Below the pieces are notes generated by a model. It was not told the DNA's origin and did not search any database. It saw nothing but the letters and a program-made list of their open reading frames with translations. Both the position numbers and the translations under genes were made by a program. DNA of 64,000 nucleotides from Octopus vulgaris (taxonomy: Eukaryota). Where the stretch lies: the NCBI GenBank assembly GCA_951406725.2, contig OX597816.1:173910001-173974000 (forward strand), in the 5' to 3' direction. Positions 61,584 through 64,000 of this stretch are shown here, piece by piece (the first letter of the stretch is position 1; each line of letters starts with the position of its first letter).

Positions 61584-62374
61584 TAAATAAAAAATAAATA
61601 ACAAAACTGAACATTAGAAATATAAGCATAAAATATATATCTAAACACAAAGTATATTTTAGAAAATTTAATATATAAAAATAAAAATAAACATTAATGA
61701 TATAAGCATTATATAATAAGTTTAACTTAATTTACAAAGCAAACGTAGGATAAAAATAATACAAATATAAATAATATATACTATATATTATATAATATAA
61801 TACTTAAGTATCAATCTTTATCAATTAATCAGATAATGTAATACATCTTATTTTAGAGGCAAATATAAATTTATCAATAACACTAATCTTGATGACGTAG
61901 TACACTTAGTATATCTACGTACTAATCTTAAATGTGTGTAACATAGGCCTGTATGCATATATGTGTTCTCTCTCATACACTTTAAACATATAATGTTATA
62001 TAGAATAAACTATGGATCAACATACAAATATAATTACTTGACTAATTACCTTACTATTTCATATAATAATTATGATTGACTTCTTCCCGAATTAGATACA
62101 AGCATATAAGGGAATATATATATATGTATATTAACAAACTGATTTGACTTCATAACACGTTACTAACATACATACACATAAATCAACTTATACAGTAAAC
62201 ATCTATACACACACACACACACACATAAACAATACATAAACTGAAATGAGCTATGAATATCCATACCTATAAATGCATTTATAATTATAGAAATATTTGA
62301 TAACCTTATACTAATATACATACACACTTACATGCTAATAAAGTAACTTAAGTAGTAAGGATCCATAAATGCGT

Positions 62375-62375
<1 letters not shown>

Positions 62376-62429
<54 letters not shown>
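62376..62429. repeat. (CA)n microsatellite
   Basis: Perfect dinucleotide run; other TA/TG tracts at ~39420-39640, 52575-52608, 52932-52960 and 59497-59546. Confidence 0.95.
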
Positions 62430-62433
<4 letters not shown>

Positions 62434-63054
62434 TTCATGCATAAACAAGGACATGCATATTCAATAACCTTATGAAGGCACACCTACACACATACATACA
62501 CATAAATTAGGCAATAAACATATGTATATACACATACAAGCACACACATAAGCATACACTCACACATAAACCAAAATGGATCATGAACATCCATGTTTTG
62601 TAAAAAAAATATTTATTTCATTTTTATTTATTTTTATTATTAATATAATATTTCATTATTTTCATTATTCATTATTAATCTTTATTTTTATCCTTTATTT
62701 TAATTCTTATGTACTTGAATTCATCATTATTATCATATTTAAATAAAAGTAAAAATGTTAACATATGAACATGTGCACACTACCACGTAACAGCTATTTA
62801 CGCTAAAGGACCTGAAATACTTGTTACATGGTAGCAGGGCGTGCAAGAAATAGCAACCAAATTGTTCCTTTTCTGGGGAAAGGAGCTGTTTACGCGTGAT
62901 TTTGATGTCACATTCATTGAAAACATGAAATAACCTGGAAAAGAAAAAAATGACCCATGAATATATATATTCACACACACTCACACATATATATAAGTAT
63001 ATGTGTGTGTATGTATGCACACATGTATGTATAAATGTACTTGAGGCAAAGTGG

Positions 63055-63381
63055 CTGAACTCCTTTCAAGTGTTGGGCCTAACGGAGGCAATGACTGAGA
63101 CCTTTGGCATTATGTCATGCTTGAGAAGAAAAGCCATCAAGGCAAGTAAAATTGCAGTTGTGGAAGATACTCATATCATACAAATGGCACCTGTGCCAGT
63201 GGCACGTAAAAGCACCTATTACATTCTTGGAGTGGTTGGCATTAGGAAGGGCATCCAGTTGTAGAAAACCATGTCAAATCAGACTGGAACCTGGTGCAGC
63301 CTTCCAGCTTGCTAGCCCTTATCAAACCATCCTACCCATGCCAGCAGGGACAAAAGACACGAAATGATGATGATGATGATG
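63055..63381 (+). mobile_element. RTE 3' end plus family A UTR (related subfamily)
   Basis: VLGLTEAMT ORF end, one UTR unit, (GAT)n tail. Confidence 0.8.
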
Positions 63382-63611
63382 ACATTATCTTCATCATCTT
63401 TTAAATATTATCTTTTTAATGTCAACTTTTCCAAATGAAGTGATAATCAACCAGTTTATTGAGTAACAAATAACATACACACTGAAACAAAGATCCTGCA
63501 ATGTGTCTAGACATGTTAAGAAGCTAGGACATGTTTTGTTTTGTGAACTGTAAGTAAATTACATCATCAGCAAAGCTATTGTTTACAGCTGACAAGTGGA
63601 TATACATATAT

Positions 63612-63905
63612 TATCATCATCATCATTGTTTAATGTCCTTCTTCGATGCTGGCATGGGTTGGACGGTTTTCTGGCATGGGTTGGCCAGGCAGGAGCCTGC
63701 ACCATATTTCTGTGTCTATTTTGGCATGGTTTTTATGGCTAGATGCCTTTCCTAACACCAACCACTCCAAGAGTGGACTGTGCTTTTTATGTGACAACAG
63801 CACAAGTGAGGTCAGTTTTGGCATGGTTTTTACAGCTGGATGCCCTTCCAAATGCCAACCACTTTACAGTGTGGGCTGGATGTTTTTTACCTGGCACCTG
63901 CATTG
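63612..63905 (-). mobile_element. Family A-related RTE 3' UTR
   Basis: (CAT)n, GCTGGCATGGGTTGGACGG, two GGATGCCCTTCC-like modules. Confidence 0.75.
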
Positions 63906-64000
63906 GCAGGGTAACCAAGTAACTTTGCAAAACAATGAATCTTAGAGAGGGGAGTGGGCACTGGTGGAGGTGATCTTGTGTTAGAACCTGGTGGCTGTTG

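Noticed and set aside
61885-61930. Hammerhead-like TTGATGA-CGTAG...CTACG downstream of the PLE
   Set aside because: No GAAA box after stem II and the first core base differs.
62780-62950. Possible host exon on the minus strand after TTTTCTTTTCCAG, or a decayed hammerhead
   Set aside because: No recognisable peptide, no supporting donor or neighbouring exons; ribozyme core too degenerate.

Overview
AT-rich, repeat-saturated eukaryotic DNA. The SINE, LINE and MITE repertoire suggests an octopus/cephalopod genome (inference). I found no supportable host exon, intact gene, rRNA, true tRNA or CRISPR array. The window is a nested graveyard of transposable elements: four tRNA-headed SINE families; RTE, CR1, Tx1 and R4/Dong-like LINEs; Penelope-like elements (Hydra-type); one complete but decayed Gypsy LTR element; Merlin, mariner/Tc1, hAT and piggyBac DNA transposons or MITEs; and non-autonomous Helitrons. 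Most notable: (1) a ~350-nt tandem/inverted repeat carrying a type I hammerhead ribozyme (non-LTR retrozyme-like) at 0.8-3.2 kb; (2) a Gypsy element whose primer-binding position is complementary to the 5' end (nt 1-12) of tRNA-Phe rather than to a tRNA 3' end; (3) a twin-priming-like inverted RTE insertion; (4) a mariner::hAT junction present twice; (5) several short, locally templated inverted duplications. All calls come from reading and translating by eye, so boundaries of decayed elements are approximate.
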